33,370 nt of DNA from Rickettsiales bacterium (GTDB lineage: Bacteria; Pseudomonadota; Alphaproteobacteria; Rickettsiales; UBA3002). This document shows positions 1 to 8,791 of the stretch, piece by piece (the first letter of the stretch is position 1; each line of letters opens with the position of its first letter). A program made the position numbers and the translations under genes. The DNA lies in assembly GCA_002725445.1 (NCBI GenBank), contig PBPD01000059.1:1-33370 (forward strand). Reading direction: 5' to 3'. The notes beneath the pieces were generated by a model. That model had not been told where the DNA came from, ran no database searches, and saw nothing but the letters and a program-made list of their open reading frames with translations.

Positions 1-139
1 ACCCATTCAGCCGAAAATGATGCATGCCGAAATGGCAATGTCAGCACGGAGCGCGGGCAGCATGGATGCTGTTAGCCCGCCCATGGGACAAATTAATGTG
101 ACTGGTCATGTCACCGTAACGTTTGAGTTGGAGCAGTAA
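1..139 (+). CDS. 3' end of an unidentified CDS (partial, runs off the left edge)
   Basis: Frame 2 is the only plus-strand frame open from the window edge. It ends at TAA 137-139, 10 nt before the pdhC ATG. The tail ...[20 protein letters not shown] does not resemble the conserved PdhB C-terminus (..AVKAVCYR-like) usually found upstream of pdhC. Confidence 0.3.
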   Translation, partial: PIQPKMMHAEMAMSARSAGSMDAVSPPMGQINVTGHVTVTFELEQ

Positions 140-149
140 GAGGAACGCT

Positions 150-1487
150 ATGCCCATAGAAATTACCATGCCCGCATTATCACCTACCATGGAAGAGGGA
201 AACCTCGCCAAATGGGTGAAAAAAGAAGGGGACACTATCAGCGCAGGTGATGTGATCGCCGAGATCGAAACCGATAAGGCTACCATGGAAGTGGAAGCCG
301 TGGATGAAGGTGTGCTGGGCAAAATTGTGGTGGCAGAAGGCACCGACAATGTGAAGGTGAACGAAGTGATCGCCCTTTTGTTGGAAGAAGGCGAAGACAA
401 AAAGGCGTTGGATGACTGGAAGCCAGCCAAGCCTGAGCCTAAGAAAACAGAAGCAGGCGATGGTGGCGAAGCGCAAACCAACGAGAAAGACGGTGCCGAC
501 AAGCAGGCGACCGAAGCTAAAGGTTATGGCACGGGCGGCGGTGCTCCGGTGTCGCAGGCAACCAAAGCGCCTGATGGGCCCGTGAAGCCAGAATCTGGCA
601 AAGCCACTGGCGCAGGCGAGGGCACAAAGGCCAGCCCGCTTGCCAAGCGCATCGCGGCTGATAACAGTATCGATCTTAGCCGTGTGTTGGGCACAGGCCC
701 GCATGGGCGCATTATCCGCGCAGACGTAGAAGAAGCGTTGTTGCGTGGCGGTGCAGGCGGTGGCAAGGTGACGCGTCATCCGGTTGATTTCTACAAAGTG
801 CCAAATTCGGGCATGCGTAAAACGGTGGCCAAGCGTCTGACCGAGTCGAAGCAGCAAATCCCCCATTTCTACCTGACGGTGGAATGTGAGATTGATGACA
901 TGATGACGGTGCGTAAGCAGCTGAATGGTGCCGCGCCTGAAGGCGAAGATGGTAAGCCTGCTTATAAAGTGTCGGTAAATGACATGGTGATCAAGGCAGT
1001 GGCCTGCGCCATGCGCGACAAGCCGGAATGCAATGCAAGCTGGTATGACGACGCGATTGTGCAATATAACAATGTCGATATTTCGGTGGCCGTTGCTATC
1101 GATGGTGGACTGATTACCCCAATCGTGAAGAATGCGGATCAGAAATCATTGCCGCAGATTTCAAATGAAATGAAATCACTGGCAGGACGTGCACGCAAAG
1201 GTGCCTTGCAGCCTGAGGAATATCAGGGCGGAGGCTTCAGCATTTCTAACCTCGGCATGTATGGCGTGCAGCAATTTGGGGCGATTGTGAATCCGCCGCA
1301 ATCCTGCATTCTGGCGGTAGGTGCTGGTGAAGAGAAAGTCGTGCGTCGCAACGGTGAATTTGCCGTAGTCAACGTGATGCGCGTGACCTTGTCGGTTGAC
1401 CACCGCGCCGTTGATGGCGCGCTGGGCGCCGAATTCCTGCAGGCTTTCAAACAATATATCGAGCAACCCGTGCTCATGTTTATCTAA
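150..1487 (+). CDS. pdhC: Pyruvate dehydrogenase complex E2, dihydrolipoamide acetyltransferase (single lipoyl domain)
   Basis: Lipoyl domain [22 protein letters not shown]...[13 protein letters not shown]; Pro/Ala/Gly linker; E3-binding domain [34 protein letters not shown]; catalytic DHRAVDGA motif. I chose ATG 150 (SD AAGAGGA at 138-144) over the TTG 123 used by the ORF track. Confidence 0.95.
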   Translation: MPIEITMPALSPTMEEGNLAKWVKKEGDTISAGDVIAEIETDKATMEVEAVDEGVLGKIVVAEGTDNVKVNEVIALLLEEGEDKKALDDWKPAKPEPKKTEAGDGGEAQTNEKDGADKQATEAKGYGTGGGAPVSQATKAPDGPVKPESGKATGAGEGTKASPLAKRIAADNSIDLSRVLGTGPHGRIIRADVEEALLRGGAGGGKVTRHPVDFYKVPNSGMRKTVAKRLTESKQQIPHFYLTVECEIDDMMTVRKQLNGAAPEGEDGKPAYKVSVNDMVIKAVACAMRDKPECNASWYDDAIVQYNNVDISVAVAIDGGLITPIVKNADQKSLPQISNEMKSLAGRARKGALQPEEYQGGGFSISNLGMYGVQQFGAIVNPPQSCILAVGAGEEKVVRRNGEFAVVNVMRVTLSVDHRAVDGALGAEFLQAFKQYIEQPVLMFI

Positions 1488-1503
1488 ATATATCGAGGCG
1501 ATT

Positions 1504-2910
1504 ATGGAACAGGCAAAACACGATATTGTGATCATTGGTGGTGGCCCGGGTGGCTATGTGGCAGCGATCCGCGCGGCACAGCTGGGTATGGATGTGGCGT
1601 TGGTGGAGCGTGAGCATTTGGGTGGTATCTGCCTGAACTGGGGCTGTATTCCAACCAAGGCGCTGCTGCGCTCGTCGGAGATTCACCATCTGTTACATAA
1701 TCTGGATGAGTATGGATTCTCGGCAGAGAATATCAAAGTCGATTTCAAAAAAGTCGTGAAGCGTTCGCGCGATGTGTCGGCGCAATTGACGCAAGGCGTC
1801 AAAGGCCTGATGAAGAAAAACAAAGTGAAAGTCTATGACGGACACGGCGCACTGGCTGGCAAAGGCAAAGTGTCGGTGAGTGACGAGGACAAAAAGAAAA
1901 TTGCCGAGTTGAGTGCGGAGCATATTATTTTGGCGACGGGCGCGCGTGCGCGCAGCTTGCCAGGGCTGGAGCCAGATGGTGATCTGGTATGGACGTATAA
2001 GGAAGCACTGGTGCCAGAAAAAATGCCAAAATCGCTGTTGGTCATCGGCTCTGGTGCGATCGGGTCGGAGTTTGCAAGCTTCTATCTGAATATGGGCGCT
2101 AAAGTGACCCTGGTGGAAGTGATGGATCGCATCCTGCCAGTGGAAGACGAGGAAGTGTCGAAGTTTGTGCGCAAGCAGTTTGAAGCGCAAGGCATGGATG
2201 TGAAGACCAAAACCACCGTTACGGGACTGGATAAGGGCAAGTCGAATGTGACCGCGACCCTGAAAGGTGAAGACGGCAAGGAAGTGAAACAAAAATTTGA
2301 TAAGGTGATTCTGGCCGTTGGTATTGTGGGCAATACCGAGCATATTGGGCTGGAAGGCACTAAGGTGAAGGTTGAGAAAAGCCATATCATCGTAGATGAA
2401 TGGTGCCAGACCCATGAGCAGGGTGTTTACGCGATTGGTGATCTGACAGGCGCACCGTGGCTGGCGCACAAAGCGAGCCACGAGGGCGTGATCTGCGTGG
2501 AGAAAATTGCGGGTGAGAAACATGTGCATCCGCTGAAAGTTGAGAATATTCCCGGCTGTACCTATTGCCGCCCGCAGGTGGCAAGCGTGGGCATGACCGA
2601 GGCAAAAGCCAAAGAAGCGGGCTATGACGTGAAAGTGGGACGCTTCCAGTTTATCGGTAATGGTAAGGCGATTGCATTGGGTGAGCCGGAAGGGTTTGTG
2701 AAAACCGTGTTCGATGCCAAAACCGGTGAAATGCTGGGCGCGCACATGGTGGGTGCCGAAGTGACCGAGATGATTCAGGGCTACGGCATTGCCAAAACGC
2801 TGGAAGGTACCGAGCTAGATCTGATGCACACGGTCTTCCCACACCCAACTCTGTCTGAGATGATGCATGAGAGCGTGTTAGACGCTTACGGCAAGGTTGT
2901 GCATATGTAG
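1504..2910 (+). CDS. lpdA: Dihydrolipoamide dehydrogenase (E3)
   Basis: FAD-binding DIVIIGGGPGGYVAA, redox-active disulfide GGICLNWGCIPTKALL, second Rossmann motif LLVIGSGAIGSEFA, C-terminal HPTLSE interface motif. I chose ATG 1504 (GAGG at 1494-1497) over the upstream start at 1396. Confidence 0.95.
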   Translation: MEQAKHDIVIIGGGPGGYVAAIRAAQLGMDVALVEREHLGGICLNWGCIPTKALLRSSEIHHLLHNLDEYGFSAENIKVDFKKVVKRSRDVSAQLTQGVKGLMKKNKVKVYDGHGALAGKGKVSVSDEDKKKIAELSAEHIILATGARARSLPGLEPDGDLVWTYKEALVPEKMPKSLLVIGSGAIGSEFASFYLNMGAKVTLVEVMDRILPVEDEEVSKFVRKQFEAQGMDVKTKTTVTGLDKGKSNVTATLKGEDGKEVKQKFDKVILAVGIVGNTEHIGLEGTKVKVEKSHIIVDEWCQTHEQGVYAIGDLTGAPWLAHKASHEGVICVEKIAGEKHVHPLKVENIPGCTYCRPQVASVGMTEAKAKEAGYDVKVGRFQFIGNGKAIALGEPEGFVKTVFDAKTGEMLGAHMVGAEVTEMIQGYGIAKTLEGTELDLMHTVFPHPTLSEMMHESVLDAYGKVVHM

Positions 2911-2926
2911 TAGCACTGCGCGTAAA

Positions 2927-2948
2927 CATATGCTATATATAGTATATG
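2927..2948. repeat. 22-bp AT-rich imperfect palindrome CATATGCTATATATAGTATATG overlapping the ATG of the 2946 ORF
   Basis: Read directly: 10 of 11 pairs are complementary and the mismatch is G/T. It shares the 11-nt core GCTATATATAG with the palindrome at 12204-12219. Confidence 0.8.
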
Positions 2949-3623
2949 CATGCGCGTCCTATCTTCTTTAAGTCGGTATACTCGGAAGACGAGCTGGACG
3001 ATTGCTTTGACGAATTAATGTCAGCAGCCATCGATGAGCAAGACAAGATAGAGATTGCCTGCCTTATTCAATATTTCGCGATTTTGAAATACCATGAGCA
3101 TTTTCACCTGCCGGTAGATTTTATTAAGAACCGACAAGGCGAAGGCCCGGACTTCACGATATGCAATGGCAGCTTGTTTGGCGTTGAGATGACCAAGGCG
3201 ACCACGGCCGATTATCAGGTCTGGCTGAAGAAAAGCCTCAATTATCGCCCTATCAAAAGCCTGCAGGACTACCAGGAACACCGCCCAGAGCAACGGGTGA
3301 GTGATCTGGCGATGGTGCGCGTGCAAAAGAAAAATTACAAAATACAGAATTATTTCTATGCCGTGCCCGAGATGGAATATTGCGATTTGGTGCTGGAAGA
3401 AGACGGTGATTGTTGCATGCATACCGAGGTGCTGATGGACATGCTGCAACAGAAGATTGGCAAGCTGCGCTACCAGAAGTTTCGCAAAATCTCGATGATT
3501 TCCGGCTCGATATTATATTATGCGATTAACACATGCGACGCCGCGATACTGCCAGCCCCAGTGGTCACCGCACCACCTTTGAGCGGGGGCGTAACACATG
3601 CGAATCTTAGCCTTGTGAGGTAG
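2946..3623 (+). CDS. Hypothetical protein, possible PD-(D/E)xK-like nuclease fold (weak)
   Basis: 225-aa ORF with no recognisable family. The segment QGEGPDFTICNGSLFGVEMTKA (D69, E81, K84) has the hairpin pattern of restriction-endonuclease-like folds, but the spacing is ExxK rather than ExK. Its 3' end overlaps the convergent COQ9-like gene by 17 nt. Confidence 0.5.
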   Translation: MHARPIFFKSVYSEDELDDCFDELMSAAIDEQDKIEIACLIQYFAILKYHEHFHLPVDFIKNRQGEGPDFTICNGSLFGVEMTKATTADYQVWLKKSLNYRPIKSLQDYQEHRPEQRVSDLAMVRVQKKNYKIQNYFYAVPEMEYCDLVLEEDGDCCMHTEVLMDMLQQKIGKLRYQKFRKISMISGSILYYAINTCDAAILPAPVVTAPPLSGGVTHANLSLVR

Positions 3624-4272
3624 GCGCCGCCTTTGCTTTGAATTGTTCAAAAGGTGCCCAATTCGTCAAATCGCGGGCTTTGGCTTTCAGCTTTTCTATC
3701 TGCATAACATCACTGATGCGGCGATGCAGGAAGGCCTCGGTTTCTTCCAGATTGTCTGAATGATCATCGAGCCAGACATACATCGTGCTCATATACACTT
3801 TAGAGAGCAACATGCGCTTGGTGTAAAAGTTGAAGTCGGTCGACTGGTCGCCAGCCGCATGCCACATGGCATCTACTGTACGGTAAAGCGAGCGCATGCC
3901 ACGCCCTGCATTCCAGGGCATGGAATAAACGGCTAGCCCACGGCGTACGGCTTCACGGTTCTCGCTATGTTGGCGAAGGCGCACCATAACGGCAGTCGCA
4001 ATGCGTTCGCGTATTTTCATTTCAGACAATGCGTACTCGTTCTGGAGTGTTTCCAGCATGGTGTCATCTGCGCGTTTGGTAAAAAATTCCAACGCATCGA
4101 TAGCGCCATCAGGGAATACGCGGCGTACGTCCTCGGGGCTTAGGCCTGCATCTTCAGCGCCACGGTTAAGCGCCCGCATGCTCCAGCCATCAAAAGCGAT
4201 ATGCGGTAGCGATGCATCCAGAATGGTCTGCTGCGTCTCAGTAATGGGATCGGTTGCTGTTTTTTCTGCCAT
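3607..4272 (-). CDS. COQ9 family protein (ubiquinone biosynthesis accessory, rpsU-divergently-transcribed type)
   Basis: 221 aa. The pattern HIAFDGWS...AGDQSTDFNFYTKRMLLSKVYMSTMYVWLDD matches the bacterial COQ9-family signature (DFNWYTKR-like) as I recall it. Confidence 0.7.
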   Translation of the reverse strand: MAEKTATDPITETQQTILDASLPHIAFDGWSMRALNRGAEDAGLSPEDVRRVFPDGAIDALEFFTKRADDTMLETLQNEYALSEMKIRERIATAVMVRLRQHSENREAVRRGLAVYSMPWNAGRGMRSLYRTVDAMWHAAGDQSTDFNFYTKRMLLSKVYMSTMYVWLDDHSDNLEETEAFLHRRISDVMQIEKLKAKARDLTNWAPFEQFKAKAAPTSQG

Positions 4273-4308
4273 ATCCCAAAAATAGTGCAGCCCATGGCAG
4301 AAGTAAAG

Positions 4309-5667
4309 CTATGCCGCGACGGCCTGACGAATTTTATCTTTGGTTTTGATGCGTGCAGACAGGCTGATCACCCGGTCTTTTGGCAGCATAACAGAGGCTT
4401 CGGTGCCTTTTTTGGTGCTGGTGATGCTGAGTGTTCCCTCATGCAGCGCGGTTAATTCGCGTGCGAGTGCCAGTCCGATGCCAATACCCTCAGATTCGGC
4501 CTGATAGTAAGATTGATCGGAGCTCAACGCCTCTTGAATGCTGCGCAATTTGGCGCTCGCAATGCCGCTGCCTGAATCGCAGACACGGAAAATAAAACGC
4601 CCGCGCCCGTCAATGTCGCCCTCAATAGCAATTTCATCGCCCTCGCTGCTATGCTCGATAGCATTGGCCAGCAAGTTGCTCAGGCAATGGGTTAACTTGA
4701 TACGGTCAGCACGCAACACCACCGCACGTTTGGCAAGCTCATTGCGCAAGCTGACCTGTTTGCTGAAAGCGGCGTGCGAGTGCATTTCGATCGCGGCATT
4801 CACAATGTCATTCACGTTAACGGGCAAATCATGCAATTCCATGCGCCCTACATCCATATTGGCGAGTTCTAACAGGTCGTTTACCCGGCTGAGCAGCAGG
4901 GTGCCGCTTTCCTGAATATTTTCAACATATTCGCTATAGGCCGCATTGTTCAATTTGCCAAACACTTCGGACTGGATCATCTGAGTGAAGCCAAGGATAG
5001 CATTGAGTGGGGTGCGTAGTTCGTGGCTCATGTTGGCGAGGAATTTAGAACGCGATTGCTCCGCCACGCGGCTGGCCGTTTGCGCTTGGTGCATGTCTTG
5101 CTGCACCTGCATATCGCTATCGATATTGCGCACAATCATGCCCAGACAACCATCATTATTGGCATGCTGCGCGGCGGGGACAAATTGCAGATTAAACCAG
5201 CTCCACGTCTCATCGCCATTGGCCATCTGAATCTGTATGTCATTTGGCAGGCCACTATGGCGAATGGAGCCTGTTCCGACGAATTGCTCCAACGCATTGA
5301 ACAGTTTGTTATGATAATCCGGGTGAATAAAGTCGAACCAGCCGGTGCCGTCGCATACATCTTTGGACAGGCGTGTGATATGCTCCCAGTTTTGAGAATG
5401 GTAGACGCAGCCCTCTATCGGGTGCCATACGCACATGGCCTGATTGCTATGCTCAAGCAATAGCGACTCATAGCCAATATCAATGGACGCGTCGCCCATC
5501 GCTGGCGGTTGAGGTGCTGCGCTTTGCTGCTCGGAGTTGTTCACTGTCACAGCGCTGCGCGACGAAGGTGCGCAAGCCTGCTGCTGAAAATCCAATAATT
5601 GCTTATAGTATTCCTGCCATAACAGCCAATACATAGTCCACATACCCAACGTTAAAAGTTCAAACAC
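4309..5667 (-). CDS. PAS-domain sensor histidine kinase
   Basis: H-box FLANMSHELRTPLNAILGF, N-box LSNLLANAIEHS, G-boxes DSGSGI and GIGIGLALAREL, and a PAS-like region upstream. The N-terminal hydrophobic segment is MFELLTLGMWTMYWLLW. The exact start is uncertain. Confidence 0.85.
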   Translation of the reverse strand: MFELLTLGMWTMYWLLWQEYYKQLLDFQQQACAPSSRSAVTVNNSEQQSAAPQPPAMGDASIDIGYESLLLEHSNQAMCVWHPIEGCVYHSQNWEHITRLSKDVCDGTGWFDFIHPDYHNKLFNALEQFVGTGSIRHSGLPNDIQIQMANGDETWSWFNLQFVPAAQHANNDGCLGMIVRNIDSDMQVQQDMHQAQTASRVAEQSRSKFLANMSHELRTPLNAILGFTQMIQSEVFGKLNNAAYSEYVENIQESGTLLLSRVNDLLELANMDVGRMELHDLPVNVNDIVNAAIEMHSHAAFSKQVSLRNELAKRAVVLRADRIKLTHCLSNLLANAIEHSSEGDEIAIEGDIDGRGRFIFRVCDSGSGIASAKLRSIQEALSSDQSYYQAESEGIGIGLALARELTALHEGTLSITSTKKGTEASVMLPKDRVISLSARIKTKDKIRQAVAA

Positions 5668-5832
5668 GCTTGCCGGGATTGTGGATAATCCAACTAGTCT
5701 TTTTTATTTTTTATATTTTTACGATTATAGGCGACAATAGGCGGGGCAATAAAGCCTGTCGCATTCGCTAAGGCGCGCCAGACTGGTATAGCCAGCAAAG
5801 CCCCCATTATTCGTGATAATTATGCCACATAA

Positions 5833-6099
5833 TTAACCGTCAGAGGCTTCCAAAAGCGGGTCTAGCTCGCCTTTACGCTCAAGCGCCGCCAGATCGTCAT
5901 AACCGCCTACATGGGTGCCGTTGATGAAAATTTGCGGAACGGTACGCATGCCCCCCGTCAGATCCATCATTTTTTGACGCTCTGTCGGATCACTCACATC
6001 CTGCTCATCAATTGCGTCGTAGCCTTTGCCTTTCAGCAATTGCTTGGCACGTACGCAATACGGACAGATAGGAGTGGTATACATTACAATGTTACTCAT
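5833..6099 (-). CDS. grxC: Glutaredoxin 3
   Basis: 88 aa with the CPYC active site (YTTPICPYCVRAKQLL), plus TVPQIFING.HVGGYDDL. SD AAGAGGA lies upstream on the minus strand. Confidence 0.95.
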   Translation of the reverse strand: MSNIVMYTTPICPYCVRAKQLLKGKGYDAIDEQDVSDPTERQKMMDLTGGMRTVPQIFINGTHVGGYDDLAALERKGELDPLLEASDG

Positions 6100-6141
6100 A
6101 CCTTATATTTAGTCCTCTTATGATCGATGACAAGTCTTAGA

Positions 6142-6810
6142 TTAGAAATCTGGGTCGTTATAATGCGCGGGCGGACGGAAGCCGGTGACGCGGTCTTCCA
6201 GAATAGTGCGGAAAGCAGGGCGCGATTTGATCAGCGCATACCAATCTTTGGTGGCTGGCTGGTGCTCCCACGGCACATCGCCCAGATAATCCAGACAGGA
6301 AAGATAGGATGCGGCATTAATGTCGGCCAGCGTGAGATAATCACCTGCCAGCCAGTTGCGATTGTTGAGCAGGTGCGCGATATAGTCCATATGAAACTTA
6401 ATGTTGGTTTTACCCGCGCGTATTGCCTCGGAATTCGGTTCGCCATAGCCCATCAGGCGTTTGAATACCTTCTCAAACAGAATATTCTGCGCCACCTCGT
6501 GGTCAAACTTGGTGTTGAACCAGTCAATGATGCGGCGTACTTCGGCCTTTTCTTCGCCCGAGCCACCGAAAAACTGAATGTCAGGATAGGTTTCTTCCAG
6601 AAATTCACTGATGGCATAGCTGCCACACAAAACTGCGCCTTTTTCTTCGAGCAGTACCGGCACTTCACCCGCTGGATTCAGCCGAAAGAACTCACGGCGG
6701 CGTAGCCATATATCTTCTTCCACGAGCTCATAATCGAGCTCTTTTTCTGTCAGCATCAGCCGTACGGTGCGGCAGGCTGGCGACAATGGAGTGTGATACA
6801 GGGTACGCAT
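6142..6810 (-). CDS. Glutathione S-transferase family protein
   Basis: 222 aa. The N-terminal thioredoxin-like GST domain is LYHTPLSPACRTVRLMLTEKELDYELV...LNPAGEVPVL...CGSYAISEFLEE, followed by a helical C-terminal domain. Confidence 0.8.
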   Translation of the reverse strand: MRTLYHTPLSPACRTVRLMLTEKELDYELVEEDIWLRRREFFRLNPAGEVPVLLEEKGAVLCGSYAISEFLEETYPDIQFFGGSGEEKAEVRRIIDWFNTKFDHEVAQNILFEKVFKRLMGYGEPNSEAIRAGKTNIKFHMDYIAHLLNNRNWLAGDYLTLADINAASYLSCLDYLGDVPWEHQPATKDWYALIKSRPAFRTILEDRVTGFRPPAHYNDPDF

Positions 6811-6865
6811 AGCAGATATTCTACCTTAAAAAATCGGAGCATTGATGTAGCAGAGTAGGGGCTGC

Positions 6866-7726
6866 TCAATCAACGAATTTTTGTTTAACCGACCATACTG
6901 CAAAGAACATGAAAACAACAGCCAATACAATATACACGCTCACTTCTGTGCCTTCGCCAATGGCTGCGGTTTTGCCTATATTGATGACGATAGGAGGTGT
7001 CAGCGCATAAGCGGCCAGCCGCACCGAATGATGATATAACAACGGTGTGCTGAGTATGAGAGCGATTAATTTGCCGAACAAACCGAGCAGTAATGCCTGA
7101 ATAATCCAGATCACGAAAAATAGCGCCAGGCAAACCACCCAAATGGTTGCACCAATAGTCGCAAGCAGGAGCACGATATTTTCATTGAGCCAGCTGAGTG
7201 TGACGCTGATAACTTGTTTTGCTAGGTTGTTATCAAAATAGATAGAGTTTAGCGCTGGGTCTGAATCATTGATGTCCTGATAGTAAAAGACCTGAGCGCC
7301 GTTACTTTTACGCATCAAGATCTCGCGCTCTGTGAAAAGCAAGAATGCATTTGTGTCTTGCATGCTGGTGATTTGTCCCGTTGTGTCGATCACAGCAAGC
7401 GTATATTTTTCCTCGTTTTCGTCGGCGCTGAGGTTGATTGCGTAGGGCATCTCTACTTGTGTTTGCAGGGCGCCGTCCTGAATAACCAGCGGCGGTATCT
7501 GAGCGGCAATTTCATACAGCACGGTTTCTGCTTTGCTGTTGCTAAGCTCCTGAGTAGCGGTTAAGCCGCCATAAATCATGTAAAGCACGTAGGCCGTGAT
7601 CAGCGTCACAAGCAATAAGGCCAGCTTGAACAGATACATCAGGCCAAGTCCCTCGGGGCGCCCATGCACTTCGCGGTAGAAGCTGGGGTCAAAGAAACTG
7701 CGGGGAATAGCGGTGAAAACAGACAT
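6866..7726 (-). CDS. Multi-pass membrane protein, DUF1189-like
   Basis: 286 aa. The N-terminus MSVFTAIPRSFFDPSFYREV.. and the topology (one TM, a large loop, then 3-4 C-terminal TMs) resemble DUF1189 as I recall it. A TAGGAG SD overlaps the stop of the upstream gene. Confidence 0.5.
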   Translation of the reverse strand: MSVFTAIPRSFFDPSFYREVHGRPEGLGLMYLFKLALLLVTLITAYVLYMIYGGLTATQELSNSKAETVLYEIAAQIPPLVIQDGALQTQVEMPYAINLSADENEEKYTLAVIDTTGQITSMQDTNAFLLFTEREILMRKSNGAQVFYYQDINDSDPALNSIYFDNNLAKQVISVTLSWLNENIVLLLATIGATIWVVCLALFFVIWIIQALLLGLFGKLIALILSTPLLYHHSVRLAAYALTPPIVINIGKTAAIGEGTEVSVYIVLAVVFMFFAVWSVKQKFVD

Positions 7727-7735
7727 GGCGAGCTC

Positions 7736-8677
7736 CTATGCAGCGATATCGGTAGCGTTCTTGGCACGCCAATGCGCCAAATATTGCGGTACAATCATAT
7801 CCACCGTTTGCGGCACGATGCCAAGCGCATCAAGACCCGGATATTCACCGCTAACCACATTGTCATATTTCAGCAGGCGTACCTGATCGGCGGTTAATGG
7901 CGGGTTTGGCAGCAGGCTGGTAAAACGCCCGATAAGTGATGCAGCGGGAAATGGAATATGCACCAGCAGGCGGTTACGCTTGGTAACACGCAAAATATAT
8001 TCCATCAATTCCTCGAAACGGTACACATCAGGCCCGCCAAGTTCATAAATGCCTTTAGCGGCGGGATCTTGCAGTGTGGCAGTGATCGCATGCGCTACAT
8101 CATCCACATATACAGGCTGGAACTTGGTTTTGCCGTCGCCGATTAATGGCAGGGCAGGGCTCAGTATGGCCATGCGTGCAAATTTGTTGAAGAATTCGTC
8201 TTCCGCACCAAAAATGATGCTTGGGCGCATAATAATTGCATCGGGATACATGCTTAGCACGGCATCTTCGCCGAGGCGTTTGCTGCGTGCGTAACGCGAA
8301 GGTAATGCGTGGTCGATGCCCAAAGCAGACACTTGCACAAACCGTTTTACGCCAGCCTCTTTGGCTGATTCAGCCAGTTGCTTGGCACCTTCGGCCTGTA
8401 CATTCTGGAAGGTCTGACGACCTGACTCCGCCAGCACGCCCACCAAATTGACGACGGCATAGGAGCCTTTGAGCTTCTTGCGTAATGTGTCAGGTTTTGT
8501 AATGTCGGCATAGTCTGGCACAATCTGGCCTACATCACCGGCTGGGCGTAAAAACTCTGCCTGCGACGGATGGCGGGTTAACACGCGCACCGTATAACCA
8601 GCATCAGCCAGCGCATGCACCACATAGCGCCCTAAAAAACCTGAGCCACCAACAACACTAACAATATGATTACGCAT
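7736..8677 (-). CDS. NAD(P)-binding complex I NDUFA9-like / NmrA-type epimerase family protein
   Basis: Rossmann motif VVGGSGFLGRYVVHALADAGYTVRVLTR, plus YARSKRLGE and the RPSIIFGAEDEFFNKFA..LPLIGDGKTKFQPVYVDDVA pattern typical of alphaproteobacterial NDUFA9-like proteins. Confidence 0.8.
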   Translation of the reverse strand: MRNHIVSVVGGSGFLGRYVVHALADAGYTVRVLTRHPSQAEFLRPAGDVGQIVPDYADITKPDTLRKKLKGSYAVVNLVGVLAESGRQTFQNVQAEGAKQLAESAKEAGVKRFVQVSALGIDHALPSRYARSKRLGEDAVLSMYPDAIIMRPSIIFGAEDEFFNKFARMAILSPALPLIGDGKTKFQPVYVDDVAHAITATLQDPAAKGIYELGGPDVYRFEELMEYILRVTKRNRLLVHIPFPAASLIGRFTSLLPNPPLTADQVRLLKYDNVVSGEYPGLDALGIVPQTVDMIVPQYLAHWRAKNATDIAA

Positions 8678-8791
8678 AACACTCCCCTTACTTTGTGTTT
8701 CACGGTTTAGCCCATGGGAAACAGCAAGGCAAGTGACAACAATGTATTGATACTGGACAGGGGGGCAAAATTTCTATAGTTGCAAGCGGTA

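Noticed and set aside
123-149. Upstream start codons used by the ORF track for pdhC (123), lpdA (1396), lptC (25484), lptA (26154) and the 12236 ORF.
   Set aside because: In each case an internal ATG sits at the conserved protein N-terminus, with an SD at proper spacing or a TAATG coupling. The upstream extensions overlap the preceding gene and encode non-conserved sequence.
180-1064. Long antisense or alternative-frame ORFs from the six-frame track. Examples: 180-1064(-), 1693-2745(-), 6127-6705(+), 10157-10912(-), 11284-11808(-), 12207-12827(-), 13065-13505(-), 22870-23646(-), 24831-25580(-), 29218-29814(-), 30682-31122(-).
   Set aside because: Each lies entirely within, and opposite to or out of frame with, a CDS that has clear family motifs. 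Their translations are low-complexity, Arg/His/Cys-rich shadow sequences with no motifs. They are typical shadow ORFs of moderately GC-rich coding DNA.
5680-5730. Perfect DnaA-box 9-mer TGTGGATAA (5680-5688) next to a T-rich tract (5697-5720), considered as a possible replication origin.
   Set aside because: I could find only one box in the 165-bp intergenic region, with no cluster of boxes or repeated AT-rich 13-mers. About 0.25 such 9-mers are expected by chance in the window. More likely it is a promoter or UP-element region for the histidine kinase, possibly DnaA-modulated.
5731-5762. Stem-loop GCGAC..AGGC-(11)-GCCT-GTCGC downstream of grxC, considered as an intrinsic terminator.
   Set aside because: On the minus strand (the grxC direction) the hairpin is followed by an A-rich run, not a U-rich one. 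On the plus strand the T-run precedes the hairpin. It is not a canonical terminator in either orientation.
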